This document shows positions 1 to 12,783 of a stretch of 64,000 nt of DNA, piece by piece. Both the position numbers and the translations under genes were made by a program. The number at the start of each line of letters is the position of its first letter. Position 1 is the stretch's first letter. The stretch covers positions 98,272,001 to 98,336,000 of the forward strand of contig CM052817.1 of NCBI GenBank assembly GCA_028534125.1. The letters run 5' to 3'. The DNA comes from Lama glama (lineage: Eukaryota). Under the pieces are notes generated by a model. The model was not told the origin of the DNA, ran no database searches, and was given only the letters and a program-made list of their open reading frames with translations.

Positions 1-700
1 ACAGTTCAATCCATAGAAATCATACTGTTTTGATTACTATTGCTATTGTAGTTAAATTTTTAAATCATGAATCCTCCAACTCAAGTGAGTACTCCATTCT
101 TTTTCTATTCTTTATTTCATTATTTCCTCTCTACACTTTATTTATTTACTTTGCCTTTCTTTTCTAGATTCTTGGGATGGAAAGTTCAGTTGTTGATTAG
201 ATATCTTTCTTCTTTTTTTAATATAGGCATTTGAGATTTCTGCTTTGGTCTATTGGCTACTTAGGCAGTGTTGTTTATTTTACATATATTGAGAATTTCC
301 CAAATTTTATTGATGTTGATTTCTAACTTGATTATATTGTGGACAAAGAACATATTTTGTATAAATTTAATACTTGTAAAATGTGTTGAGGCTTATTTTA
401 TGATGTAGGATATTCTTTATCCTGGAGAATGTTCTAAAGGTGCTTGAGAAGAATGTGTATTTTGCTGCTGTTGACTGCTGCACTCTGCAGCTATCTGTAA
501 GTGTAGCTGGTTTTCAGTCTTGTTTAAATTTTCTCTTTTCTTTGTTGATCTTCTGCCTATTTGTTCTCTATCCATTATCGAAAGTAGGAAATTGAAGGCT
601 CCAACGATTATTATTGAATTTTCTATTTTTCCTTTTAATTCTGTCAATTTTTGTCTCGGGTAGCTTGGGGCTCTGTTAGTAGGTAAATATGTCTTATTGA
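1..700 (-). mobile_element. Old L1 (L1M) ORF2 fragment, endonuclease region, internally deleted
   Basis: ORF 417..647(-), ELKGKIENSIIIVGAFNFLLSIMDR, resembles the L1 ORF2 endonuclease motif (IIVGDFNTPLSxMDR). Bases ~1-95 match a much more 3' part of ORF2 (gtaatcaaaacagtatg on minus), implying an internal deletion or two fused fragments. Confidence 0.8.
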
Positions 701-1749
701 TGTTTGGTAGGCATTCTTGGCAATATTTTATTATCTATTAACTTGTTTAACTAACTTAAAAGCAATGCCCCTGAAATTGCTAAGAAATTTTATTAATACA
801 TCTTGTTGACACCAACCATTTTCTTCTCAATTAATAAAAATTAGTGAGGTTTTGTTATACATCTAAAATTTCTATACCTAGATGAAATAAATTTCATTAG
901 GAAATGTGTGAAATAAACTAATTCTGACAAATATAATAGCATAGTTTAATTCAACCTTTCTTTTTCAAAATAGATTCTTTAAAATAATCAAACTAACATG
1001 TAAATACAAAATGCCACCCTGATATAAATTTTTAAGGATAAAGAAGTGGAAATAAATTTTATAGTTAAAATTTATCAAATAAAACATAAATATGGAAAAA
1101 AAATCATGAAAAATTAAGTGCAGTCAACAAGTGATCACAAAATAAAGGATGGACCACCTTTTAAAAAAAGTTCACGCCTGATAATTGATGCAAGCATGGC
1201 TCTAAGAACACTTTCCAAGTGTGCTATATTAAAACACTGGAATGATGGAGAATGGGAGAGGGGAGGTAGAAAGCTCAGGTCCCTTACAACCTGTAGATTC
1301 TATGATCTCCTATTAAAAAGTGAAAATGAAAAATTAATAGGGAATTAAAAGGCTGAAGATAAAGCTTAGCTTCTCACGGGTCATTTGTTAATCTCTGTCA
1401 TCTATAACTAATATCCACAGCTGGGGACAGAAGGCAGGAGTTAAGCCTCGAGCCTACATAAAGTGAAGAGCTGGAGTTATTATCTCCATACATTGTTCTA
1501 TATATTATCTCCACATATAGTTTAAGCTCAGTGAAGAAGGGACTAGACAAAAATCTGTCCCTAGGGAAAAGAAACATGTCTGAAATAACCTGAATACTAA
1601 GCGGGAAAAAAAGAAAGAAAAAATGAAAAAAAAAAAAAAACCACCTCTATTGAGAATTTATAACTACCATTATCCTCTCCTGGGTTTAGGATTTAAATTT
1701 ACAATAACTATATTGTTCCCAAAACTCTGAACTCAGAAATTAACGTATA

Positions 1750-2830
1750 GTTGTTCCGTGATAGGGGTGTCCCAGAAACCTGGAGAGAAGCCACAACAAA
1801 CCTTTTCTAAGAGATTTATAGACTCATAATCCAAAATATACACAATGCCCCAGGAAATAGGCAGCCATTAGTGAAAGCAGGACAACATACTGCAGATTTT
1901 GACTCCTGAGAAGTTCAAATTTTAAAAATATAAACAATATAATGAAAATTAATGAGTTTAAAGTAATAAGACTGGATCAAAAACATGAACAATTAATAAA
2001 ATTGTTTTAAAATACCTAGTGATGTAGAAAAGAACTAAATAGATAAGAAATATAATTATTAAAATTATAAACTTCCTTATCAGTTAAAAAGTGAAGTAGT
2101 GTTGCAGAAGAATGAGTAATCCAAAAGAAGAAGTTAAAAAACTTAGCAAAAATGCACAGTAGATAGAAAACATGAAAGATACGTCATGAGATATGAAGAA
2201 AAGAATGACAGGTTCCGTTATAAACCCAATGGGAGCTTTAAGAGAAAAAAGTATAGTGGAAAAGATGAAATGTTCTAAAGAATAGTGGGTGAGAATTTAC
2301 AGAACATAATGAAATGTAGAAATTTAAGATTCTGGAATCCCAAAGAAGAAAAAACAAATTTAAAAGATTTTTTTTTTTTAATTTTACACACCTAAACACC
2401 TCTCAGTGAAGCTGTATGGAATCAAAGACCAAGAGGATATTTTAAAAGAAACAAGGGTGGACAACACAGCTACATAAAAATGAGTGACAATAAAAGTGGC
2501 AACCACAATAGACCTAAATTAATATCATTCAGGTATTGGAGAAAATGACAGCAGATCAAGAATTAAATGCCCAGCTTACCTATGATTCATGACCAAAATG
2601 GAAATAGAGATAATTTCAGAGAAATAAAAACGAGAAAGTGATAAACGTGATGATAAATCAACTAAAATTTTTCTAAAGGGCATATATCTAGAAGAAGATG
2701 GATCCTAGAAAGAAGCTGGAAATGTAAGAAAAACTGATGAGCTAAGAAACTGGTAAAAACACAAAAAATTCTAAACAAATGTTGAATGTATAAACAGTGA
2801 GTAGGTGGACCTAAAAATACTAAATAATAG
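1750..2830 (+). mobile_element. Ancient L1ME/HAL1-like ORF1-region relic
   Basis: A-rich, degenerate ORF1-like sequence, e.g. acacacctaaacacctctcagtgaagctg...aaagaccaagaggatattttaaaagaaac (TPRHIIVKL..KDKE.ILKA-like). Confidence 0.55.
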
Positions 2831-2859
2831 TTCCAAGTCAGGAGGCTCGATTTCAGATG

Positions 2860-3310
2860 CATTTCTCCATTGTCTTCTCATAGTCAGTGTTGTTCTTAGC
2901 ATGTTCTATGCCATTTTTGTTCAAACTGATTTGAAGATAACCTCTTTTTATTTGTTTCATTTTCTCTTTGTAAGCTTTTGAATAATGTAATGTGACAAAT
3001 TGGTGGGTGTCTTATTGCATTTATTCTGATGGTTACATTGAGGGCTTTTATCTTAAATGTTTGGAAAGTTTTCTTCCATTATTTCTGTGATAATAATCTC
3101 CCTTCATTTTCTTTCTATCTTTATTTTTGGAAATCTAATAATTCAGAGTTGTACTTTACAGATTAATCTTCTCATTTTCTTACATTTTGTTCCTGCTTTT
3201 TTCATTTGTTTTGTATTTATTACTTACTTCATCTTTTTCTTTGGGGATATTGCTTTATCTTGCAAAAGTTCTTTTTTTAATGTTGATTCTATTATTGGTT
3301 TCTAAGCAAT
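2860..3310 (-). mobile_element. Ancient L1/HAL1 ORF1-region fragment, antisense
   Basis: T-rich segment with tttggaaagttttcttccattatttct...ttcattttctttct, typical of antisense L1 ORF1. Confidence 0.45.
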
Positions 3311-6244
3311 ATTTTGGTTCTGTTTGTTGTTCTGCGCTTAATTCACATACCTCTTTAAGTTTGCTCAGCCACATCTTCCTCTAGGGCGCTGACTACTTAC
3401 TTGACCTGATGGGTCATCTCACTTTCTTTCTAGCACAACCAGTTGTCTTGGCCTCCCACGGAGTGCGGTCAGATTCTGTGGTCTCCAGAGTGCATGCCAC
3501 CCTGTAAATTAGATGCCTAGGTCTTGCTCAACTAAATTTAATCCCACTACTTGCAAAGTAACCTGAAGCTCATAGGATCTGGCTTCTGCAGCAGCAATCA
3601 TGTTACACACTTGGAAGACTTAATCTGAAAGACCAGTAAATACTTTTGTACATCTAATCTCCTTATCTTGAGTAAGGGCTAATTTGAATATTTTTACCTA
3701 GTTGCTCATTAAAAAACTTAAATCAGAGAAAGGGACTTAAACCAAATGCTTCGAGAGAATTTGCTTGATTAAGCCATTACACTGCCTTGAGGTCCACATC
3801 ACTGCCTCCGAACAAGCTTATTTTGTTTTTTATTGGCCTATAATTTATCTGACATAGAAAACATCTTAGAAGAAAACCCCACCAAATAAAAATAAGGTAA
3901 GGAATAGGAAGAGCACAGGTTCACAAATAGGTATCTAAAACTGCCCCAGTGAAATCTAAGAATTTAAAAGAGGCCAATTCAAATGGGAAAGATGTCGCAA
4001 AGCAAAACATATAAACATATCTATAGCTAACATTTGTTTTGATCACACATTCCTCTGGGAAACACATGGCAACTAGGAAGAAAATCCTATTTTCATTGCC
4101 AGCAGTTAAAGGGCTAACCTGCCTTGGAATCCAAAGTATTAGGGGTGTTGTGTTTTAAAACTCAGCAAGTGCCACTTTACACAAATGGTAGATTCACTTT
4201 TGCAGTAATGATAACTGTTTCTATTATAGAAATATCATTTGCTGAATACAGCTTTCAGGCAAAAAAAAAAGCATGTGACTAATAGACCCCAGGTCTAATT
4301 AAATGCTGCTCTTGGGACATTGGTTTACATAGATTACCTTGGATTTAATGTTTTATTTGCACATAGTTTGTTTTGTATAACAAAGGATGGGAAATATAAA
4401 AGCAAAAACTGAAAGTGATCCCAAGGGGTTACACATTGCTTCTCTTTAACCACTGGAGAATTGTACAACCCACCTGTCATGGGCTTGTCTGTTCTCTGCC
4501 AAAGAATGAGGGTGAATCATAAATTATTCTAAGTAGCTTACTTAGGTTTCCTACAACCATTTCTGTCAGGAGACAGAAAAGTATTTTGGGAACAATAAAG
4601 CGCTATGCAAATGAAAGTTTTTATAATTACTATTAAGACCTGTTCTTCATTCCCAGAAGGGGAAAATGACTAGACACTTTGCATCTTAGAAAAACTCTTG
4701 TAACCCTGAAAACACTGTTATTCTTCAGATTTCTTTATACAAATAAAATTCACATTTTACTTTTTTCTCATTTGCCTTCTCAGTCTAATTTCATTCTCTT
4801 TATTGGACAGTTGCCAAATTTACAATGCATGAATTTAAAACAAGTTGTAAATTAGCAAAAACTGGTGCGGCTTTTGTTAAATTTTTTATATTTTTGAATA
4901 AAGGTCAACATATAGTTCAAGTCAACCATGTCTAATATTTATATTTTACTTTTTACATCTTTTAATTATAAATATTTCTAACATGAAAATTCAAAGAATA
5001 CTACAAGGTATTACCACGTGGTCAACTTGACTTCACATTATCAGCTTTCTCTCATAGTTGATTATTTATCACACACCCACATGCACACATACATCATTTA
5101 CCAAGCTGACCAAAAGTTGCAGATGCTACATAACAATACCATTATCCCACAAGGAATAATAATGTCTTAATGTCATGCAATGTCCAGTCCATGATCAAAT
5201 TGCCATAGTTGTTCCCCAAATGTCTTGCACTATCTGTAGGTAATTATTTTAATTAATTTCTGATTTAGCTCTCCAATTCTTTAAATGAAAAAAAAATTTA
5301 TGTGAAAGGAAGCATGCTGTATGCAGTCATGCTCACTTAAGTTGTACCGTTGTGAGCTCTGTGTATCAGTGTACACTGGTCATCTCCATTTCTCTTCATG
5401 GCTTACTCTGAGTATGAGTGAATATAAGCAAAGTGCTTATAAGCACAATTGCCTACAAAACAGAAAGCTCTCCATAAATGCTAATTGCTGCCCTTTTAGA
5501 GAGATTATATAAAAAGCCTGGAATTAATGGAGAAAAACACACTTGTTTTTAGGGAAAGGTATATATAAATAAACACACATATGTGTACATTTCTCCAAGA
5601 TATTTACTAATTTGATGAAATATGATTGCAGACTCTGGACTGGCTACCAAAACATAGTAGCGACACCTTTATTGCTTATCTCTTTAACTTTACAGTCTGA
5701 ATACCTCTGCTACTCAAATCTCTGGCCTCCAATGTAGCTCATGATGCTATGAAATGTTATTATGGTCTGTGAGAGTTGGTGAGAGTCCCAGAGCTTCTCA
5801 TCCCATAAAGAGGCAAAGTGTCACTGGGACACAAGGGATAGGGTTTTGTTTGTTTGTTTTTAGGGTTTTTTTTTTTCTTTACTCCTTCCTCCCTCTTTCT
5901 GCCTAGAACTCAGATCTGTGGTCTAATGATACATGAGCTATCAAGGCCTTAAGGGAAGAAGCTTGAAGACAGTCTTGGAGTTTAAAGATGGAAGAATGGG
6001 AAATAGAGAAAAATCCCCAAATCTCTTATGGTACCACGGAGCTGCTGCACTCTCTAGATTGTTACACGTGAAAAAGAATTTTTTGAAAGCTACTTCATGT
6101 CTGTTTTCTGCTCTTTTCAACCACATGAATTTCTGATGGAGCTAGAAATCAAAATCTTACTAGAATTTTTCTGAAAACATGATGCTTTCATTTTAAATTC
6201 CATTTTTGATAATTTGTTGTGGAGAATGTCAAAGAATATTAAAA

Positions 6245-6470
6245 AAAAAATGAGGAGGAATACATGCTACCAGCCCTTCTCTATACTAAAATACATTTGA
6301 AGCAAAAATAGCTAAATTAGTATATCATTGGGTGACAAATAAATGATAGATCAAGGGAGAAATATTAAAGTCTAATAAATATCTAAAAGTACAATATTTA
6401 ATAAATCAGGCATGACCAAATGATGGAGAAGGAAAAAGAACTCAATAATTTTTTAAAAATTCATCAGTTT
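6245..6470 (+). mobile_element. Ancient L1ME ORF2 fragment
   Basis: Degenerate match to L1 ORF2 3' region (…tagtatatcattgggtgacaaataaatgatagatcaa…). Confidence 0.4.
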
Positions 6471-6960
6471 GGAAACAATGAGACTTGTCCACATATTTTC
6501 CCAGGTAAAGCCTTAAGACGAATCATGCGGTGGACCAAGTCCACTGAGGGGAACCCACGCATCCTGTTCTGTGCTGTTTGCTGCACACTTTGCTCTGGCA
6601 CTTTTCACATACGTTAGAAGTGTTGACTTGCTTGTCTTTTAACACCAACTCCTAAAATAGTAGCTGTGGGCTCAATAAATGTACAATAAATAATGAATAT
6701 CTCTTTAGATATTCTGGATGTCCAAAATTTATGTGAATACCCCCTCAGAAACCTCATAACCAGTACTGAGCATACGAGGATGTAACTTCTGAAAAAGATA
6801 ATACAAGGAGAGTGTTGTAAATATCTTAAGGTGGATGAAAATAAAATATTCGGTGAATTCACAGTATTCAAATAAAATCAAGGAAGACAGAGGGAAACTT
6901 TTACGCTTTTGTCAAATATGTGAATGAATACAATTTTAAAATTTGTATATATTACTTCGA

Positions 6961-7119
6961 ATAGTGTTTTTATCTTTCAGTGGGTGATGGCCCACTTTGG
7001 GTATCCAAACCCTATCAATAAACACTCCTATATCGATAGATAACAATTTTGTACACAATTTCAGGAGATTAAAGGATTCCCCTGAAGTTTGGCCATGAAT
7101 ATATAGTTAAGGACCTTTG
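6961..7119. mobile_element. Non-autonomous hAT-Charlie DNA transposon relic
   Basis: Ends with aattttgtacacaatttcaggagatt…cccctgaag…ccatgaa…gttaaggacctttg, resembling Charlie-derived MER termini. Subfamily not resolved. Confidence 0.5.
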
Positions 7120-10100
7120 ACCCAGATATTTGTAGCTAAGCTTCTATCAATGTTTATGTAATAAATAATCTGACTGTGTCTACATACAGACTAGCAAACA
7201 TCTTATAGAAATATTTTTTTAATAGGACAGGAACAATGTTGCAGATCATGATACAGTGAATTCATGTTTTAAAATTCAGATTAAATATGACATTTCAATG
7301 GTAACTTTAGAGGAATGAAACTATTTCTAAATGATTACTTTACAACACTGTTAAAATGACAACTTTCCAACAATTATGTCATAAAAACAGCATAATTTAG
7401 AGGTTTATTTCTGTAAGAGTTGATAGTTTCCAGGATATTGGAAGCATTTTGTCCACGCGATTTTGGTTGAACATTAATTATGTTTTAATGTAAAACTATA
7501 AATGTTCAATTAGATTTTGTAGAAATGGACTTAACAAAACACTTCTAAGGAAGGGGAGGTTGATGTGTTGACAAAATTTTTAATTTTTCATGAGGACTGT
7601 ATAGACAGCTTGGGCTGAATGATAATCTGTTTTTTGTTGCTACTGTTATTATTATTGACAAACACACATATCCAGGTGCAGAAAGAATTTTAAAAATCTT
7701 TGAAATTCAGGACTCACTTGGGGAATGTTATTATGGCACAAACCAATATTCAGGTCCTTGGGTTCTTCTCCCGAGATCTTTCACTTTTCTGTATTCCCTA
7801 TCCGAAAAACACTAGCTCCTATTGTGGGGTTCTAGGAAAACAATTATTCCTCATGATCTTCTACCCATACTTTTGTAGAAATTCAAGGCAGAAGAAGCAG
7901 AGGAGGGCACAAAATATATGAGGGAGTTTATGTCCAGGTGTTCAACTGAAAATAAGTGTGTCTCCAAAATTAGCATTTATAGGTTACAGATAATTTTGGT
8001 GGATATGTTAGTTCTGAAAATGCTTTTTAAAATATATAACCAATATTAAACTCTAGGCCATCATTGACTCCTTTTTCCATGAAGGCAAAGAGAAGAGAAG
8101 AATCATCTGGCTTACAGATGATTGAGGCAGAATGAGGGAGGAAAAAAACTGACTCAATGACACTTCTTCACGTTCAATAAGCAAAGGTCCTCTTTTTCAT
8201 GAAATAACTGTATGGCGATCAGCACACTATAAGTAAAATTTAGAAATTGTCTAATAATGCTTTAATCAACATGTAGAACTATGTGGTTATGGCATATTTC
8301 TTAGGTACTCATTAGGAACTTTCTATACTTGAAGTATCCCAGGTCATGCAATGCTTTTAAATAATCATGCCTTCATTTGCATGTTGCTTCACAATGTATG
8401 AAACATTTTAGCAAACATGGTTCTATTAAAAGGTTTTAAATTTTGAGTAGTTCACTCCATTTATAAATGAGGAAACCTAGCCTTTTCAATGACCTATACC
8501 TAAAACGGCCAAGCCACGATGCTAATGAAGGTCTTTCAGCCTTATCTCATGTTATTTCCATTTCGACACACTTACTTGCATTTCATTATACATAAAATGC
8601 ATTGGTTTTTACATTTTTTATTATGAAATAATTTAGCATGATCCTCTGATGCCATTCTTATTTGAAACTTCATCCAAAAATGTATCCTGTATAATAAGCA
8701 TTTTTAAGTGAATGGAATATTTTGATTATCTTTTGATTTTTGAGACTGAATTTAGTTGGTGTTCAATTCTCCTTAAGAGAGATATTTATAGATCAAAACT
8801 ACCTTTCCAGACTGCTGGTTTCTTTCCAAACAAAATTTCTTTTTACGTTTTTTCCCTCTGGCACAAGTTTCTGCATGTAACAGCAGGAATACAAATTATG
8901 TCCACAGCACTTACGTAGTTGGCAGAAGCATTTTCTCTTCTGCTATAAATTTATCAAACACTTTTCAAAACAGTAAATCCCTAAAAACAAGGGCTGAATT
9001 CCAAATAGGATCATCACAGTTATGCCATTTACAATGTTTTAGTTAAGAGGATCTTCAATCATCTATTGTAAAGATCCTAAGTTTGAGAGCAGTAACAATT
9101 TGCTATGGGTCTGAACTGGCAGACTAATTTTCAGCTTCAACAACTCTATTTTTTTTCCTGGAACTTTAGGCCAGTTTTTCACTATGGGAAATGCACTGCT
9201 AATTAGTGATGAGTTCCTGCTTGAGTCTTTTCACTCAACCTACAAATGTGCATGCCACCGCAGACAGTAGCATCATCCTCAAATCGGGAGCATAATGGGG
9301 CAGATGGAGGAGAAAGGAAGAACTTCCTGGAGTCAGAAGACAAAATTGAGCGCGTACAGCATCATTTATAATGTTCTTCATGTGCACATTCAATTAGAGG
9401 TAAAATATTGATTAGGTAGTTGATGTCACAGATAATACATTATGGAAAAGTAATTAAACATTTTCAATTTTTCATTTTTTAAATATTCACAACACTAGAG
9501 CAGAATTGAAGATGAGTTAGTTAGGAAGCAAATGGTGCTGATGAAGAAGAGAAAGGAGTTGAGTATGGACAAACAACCAAATGAGTATTTGTTTAATCAT
9601 CAAGTATTCAGCAAGCACTTTATTCAGTTTTAAGCAAAACAGATATAAAGGTGAACACAGAGAGTGAGATAAAGTTCCTTCCCCTAAAGGGCTCTCATCC
9701 CTTAAGAGTAGTCAACAGACGCGCATCCTGTAAATCAACTTGCATCACTGCTTAAATTAACTCACGTATTTATCTGGAGTTATGGAGATATAACTGAGTA
9801 TGCTGGGGCAACGCCAGCAGCCAAATCTCTATTGATTGATCTACACAAAAAACTTATTAGTACAGTAGTGCAAATGACCACCATCAAAGCATGGATTTAT
9901 TAAGATCTTTCCAGATTCCGAATAGTTGACATTTGTCCTCTGTTTCTAAACTGTGCTTGGAAATATCAACCAGATGGAAACTCAGAGAAAACTTTCTTGG
10001 CTCTTGACTGTTTAGCAAACGAAAAGATACCCTGAAAGCTCAAACACAAGTTTGAATAATCATTTCTAAAAACACTGAAATACACAGGAGGTGGAGATGT

Positions 10101-11180
10101 GATGAAAAGTTCTGATTTCTGAATACAGAGGTAGACGAGAATATAAGAATGCACAGAGAGAAGGTGGTGTTTATTTCTTAGGGTACAAAATCAAGTCTAG
10201 CAGCTGGTGAAAACTCAAGGAAAAAAAATCAAATCAGATTTGGAAAAAAACCAGTATAGCTAGCAACAATACATAGGAAAGTGTTTGAAACATATAAAAG
10301 AAATAAAAGAACATAGTTGCCAAGGGTGAGGAGAAAGAACAGTACAGAAAATATGTACACAAATATAGGGCTTTTCAGATTTTTATGGGAAAACATGAAT
10401 TAACCAGGAAACAGCAGCATGTGCTTCTGTAGAGAAAGTGGAGAAATGTATTTAACAGAGAGATACAGATATCACTCTGTATTTTAGTAGCAGAATAATC
10501 TGAATAATCTAACAAATTCAAATTCTTTGCTAATGTTTCTCATTATGTAGAAGAGATCATTCGGGTGACATAAATATAATCCACCTTGAGACAGAAAAGT
10601 ATGTTTGGGAATAAAATGATACTTCATTCATTTAGGGATCTCTGTCTGACAAATCTGCATGTTCAGAAGAGAAAGAACACTGGGCCATAACAGAAAAGGA
10701 GGAGGAGGCGTGGGAGGAGAAGGTGGCTTCTATGCAGCCAAGATATCCCAAGATTGCGTGAAGTCATTGCATATGCAACAGGTTCCAGCACAGTGCCTGA
10801 CACATTCATTGATTAGTGAATTAGTCAGAAAGGAACTTCCAGGGCCCTCAGTTCTACAGCCACTTAGCTTTATGTTAAATACTCTTCTAGCTTTGCCATC
10901 TGACTTCTTAGCCCATGAGAGATTAGAGATACAGATAAATAACCTGAGAAGAATAGCTGACCTTCAGACACTGAAGGAGGGGATAGGAAATAAAACTCGA
11001 AAAAGCCTCAGGAAAACTCAAAATCAGCCACTTAATGGTGGAATATGCCCCTGAAACAACTGGAGAAAATGGCGAGCAGGACAAAAATTATTACCTTACA
11101 ACCACAGACTTATTTTTAGTCATCCATTCTTTCAATAGAATATTCATTTTGAATAAAGAAAATATTTGCTTACTCACTTT

Positions 11181-11427
11181 CAGTGTTTCTCAACCCTTCC
11201 TTTTTTTTTTGTTCCTTAAAAAAATCTTTTTAGACATTTATTTTTTCTGAACCACCACTGCCAACCTTTGCCATGGAAATGTAATATCACTGATATAGTA
11301 TTTATATTTTTATGTACTGTGGACTTTAGGAGGATCTCAAATCACTGTAATATCTAAAATTTTTTTACCCCTCAAGAACCAAGCTTTGCCCCCTTGAAGG
11401 CGATATCAGACCCACTGAAAATGTATG
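11181..11427. mobile_element. hAT-Charlie MITE inserted into an L2 3' end
   Basis: Starts CAGTGTTTCTCAACC and ends gcccccttgaaggcgatatc…ctgaaaatgtatg. Flanked by L2-like sequence on both sides. Confidence 0.6.
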
Positions 11428-11870
11428 CTCTACCCTAAGCCATGCACTGTACAAGCACTGAAGTGTTTAGTGGTGAGCAAAACAGACTAGGTCTCTGCCC
11501 CTGTGGAACTTTCTATCTAGAGAAGGAGACAATTAATACAAGCTTAGTGTAGTGACACATGCTAGTGGACAATTCTCAGCCTGTATTAGTGGTCAAGGAA
11601 GTAAGAAAGAGCTTCTTTGAGAAGGTGATACTTAAATTGAGATCTGAAGGATGGGTAGACAATTTAGGAAAGAAGGGAAGGGGAAACAGTCAAAGTAGCA
11701 ATAACAGCACGTACAAAGGTCCTGTGGCAGAAGAAGACCAACTTGGGTAGAGCAATGAGAACATCACAGCACAATGTACAATGAGTCTCCATTCTGAGGC
11801 CAAGGTGAAAAAAATGAATGGCTTTATTTAAGCAGAAGCAGAGTCTGTGACATGATCAGATTCACAATAA
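11428..11870 (-). mobile_element. L2 LINE 3' region
   Basis: gcactgtacaagcactg…gtggtgagcaaaacagac…tctctgcccctgtggaactt…ctag…ggagaca is the antisense L2 3'-end signature. Confidence 0.7.
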
Positions 11871-12625
11871 ACACACACACACACAAACTGAATTATGTTC
11901 AAAGTATCCTGTTTACGAATGCTTGGAATTATGGAAGCTGTAAAATTTTCCCATGTTTTCCATTAAGATGACTAGGTTTTAAAAATGGATGCTTCTGTGG
12001 TAGATTTCAGTTATTTAAAAAATTAGATTCCGTGAAACAGTTAATTTTCAACTATGCAGAAAAAGCAGGTATTTTCTGTTTAGAATTGGACCAACTCATT
12101 GTGACATATGGAGTAATAAAGAAAATGAATAATGAATGCATGCAACAGATGATTATTATCTTCAAAGTATGACAAGTAGACGGGTCATAAAATAATTGAT
12201 GAGGAAAAAATGCTGATAAGACATGCCATCCTAAAACTCTAAGAGCCTCTCGAGAACGGACCCACTATGCTGTCTGTACTCAAATAAACAACAGAAATGC
12301 TTCTTTTGCCTTTGAATGCAATTGTTTCCTATCATTTAAGAAATTCCTGTTAGAAACCAGCGATTTTAACAAATGACTTCAGCAGTCACTCAGCTCCTGT
12401 TCATTGGTACTATAACAACAGGACGTGAGTCTCCAAGCACTTTGTTTAAATTGTTTTAGGCTTAAGGTTCTGTTTAGTCCCAAATACATCTTTGATTATT
12501 ACCTGGTAAGGCAGTGTGTCTGTGTTTGTGCAATAGTGTGTGCATATAATATTGTTATAAAAAAACATAGCCTTTGGGTCTTTTCTATATTTTAATTTTA
12601 TTTTTCATATAAAACCATAGTTTAA

Positions 12626-12783
12626 GGGGGGAGGGTATAGCTCAAGTGGTAGAGTGAATGTTTACCATGTATGAGGTCCTGGGTTCAATCCTCAGTACTT
12701 CCTCTATACATAAATAAATAAATAAATTAATAAATAAACCTAATTATCTCCCCTCAAAATAATAAAAATAAATAAATTAAAAA
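12626..12783 (+). mobile_element. tRNA-derived SINE, camelid Vic-1-like
   Basis: GGGGAGGGTATAGCTCAAGTGGTAGAG…GAGGTCCTGGGTTCAATCC head with Pol III A box (12638-12649) and B box (12682-12691), followed by a (TAAA)n/A-rich tail. Degenerate TSD: aaaaccatagtttaa (12611-12625) vs aaaaaaatagcttaa (12781-12795). Confidence 0.85.

Noticed and set aside
10659..11054. Longest ORF in the track (131 aa) as a gene
   Set aside because: No recognisable domain, partly low-complexity purine sequence, and no supporting exon structure. The length is compatible with chance.
12626..12705. Functional tRNA gene
   Set aside because: It has an A-rich SINE tail, a TSD and a degenerate anticodon arm, so it is a SINE.
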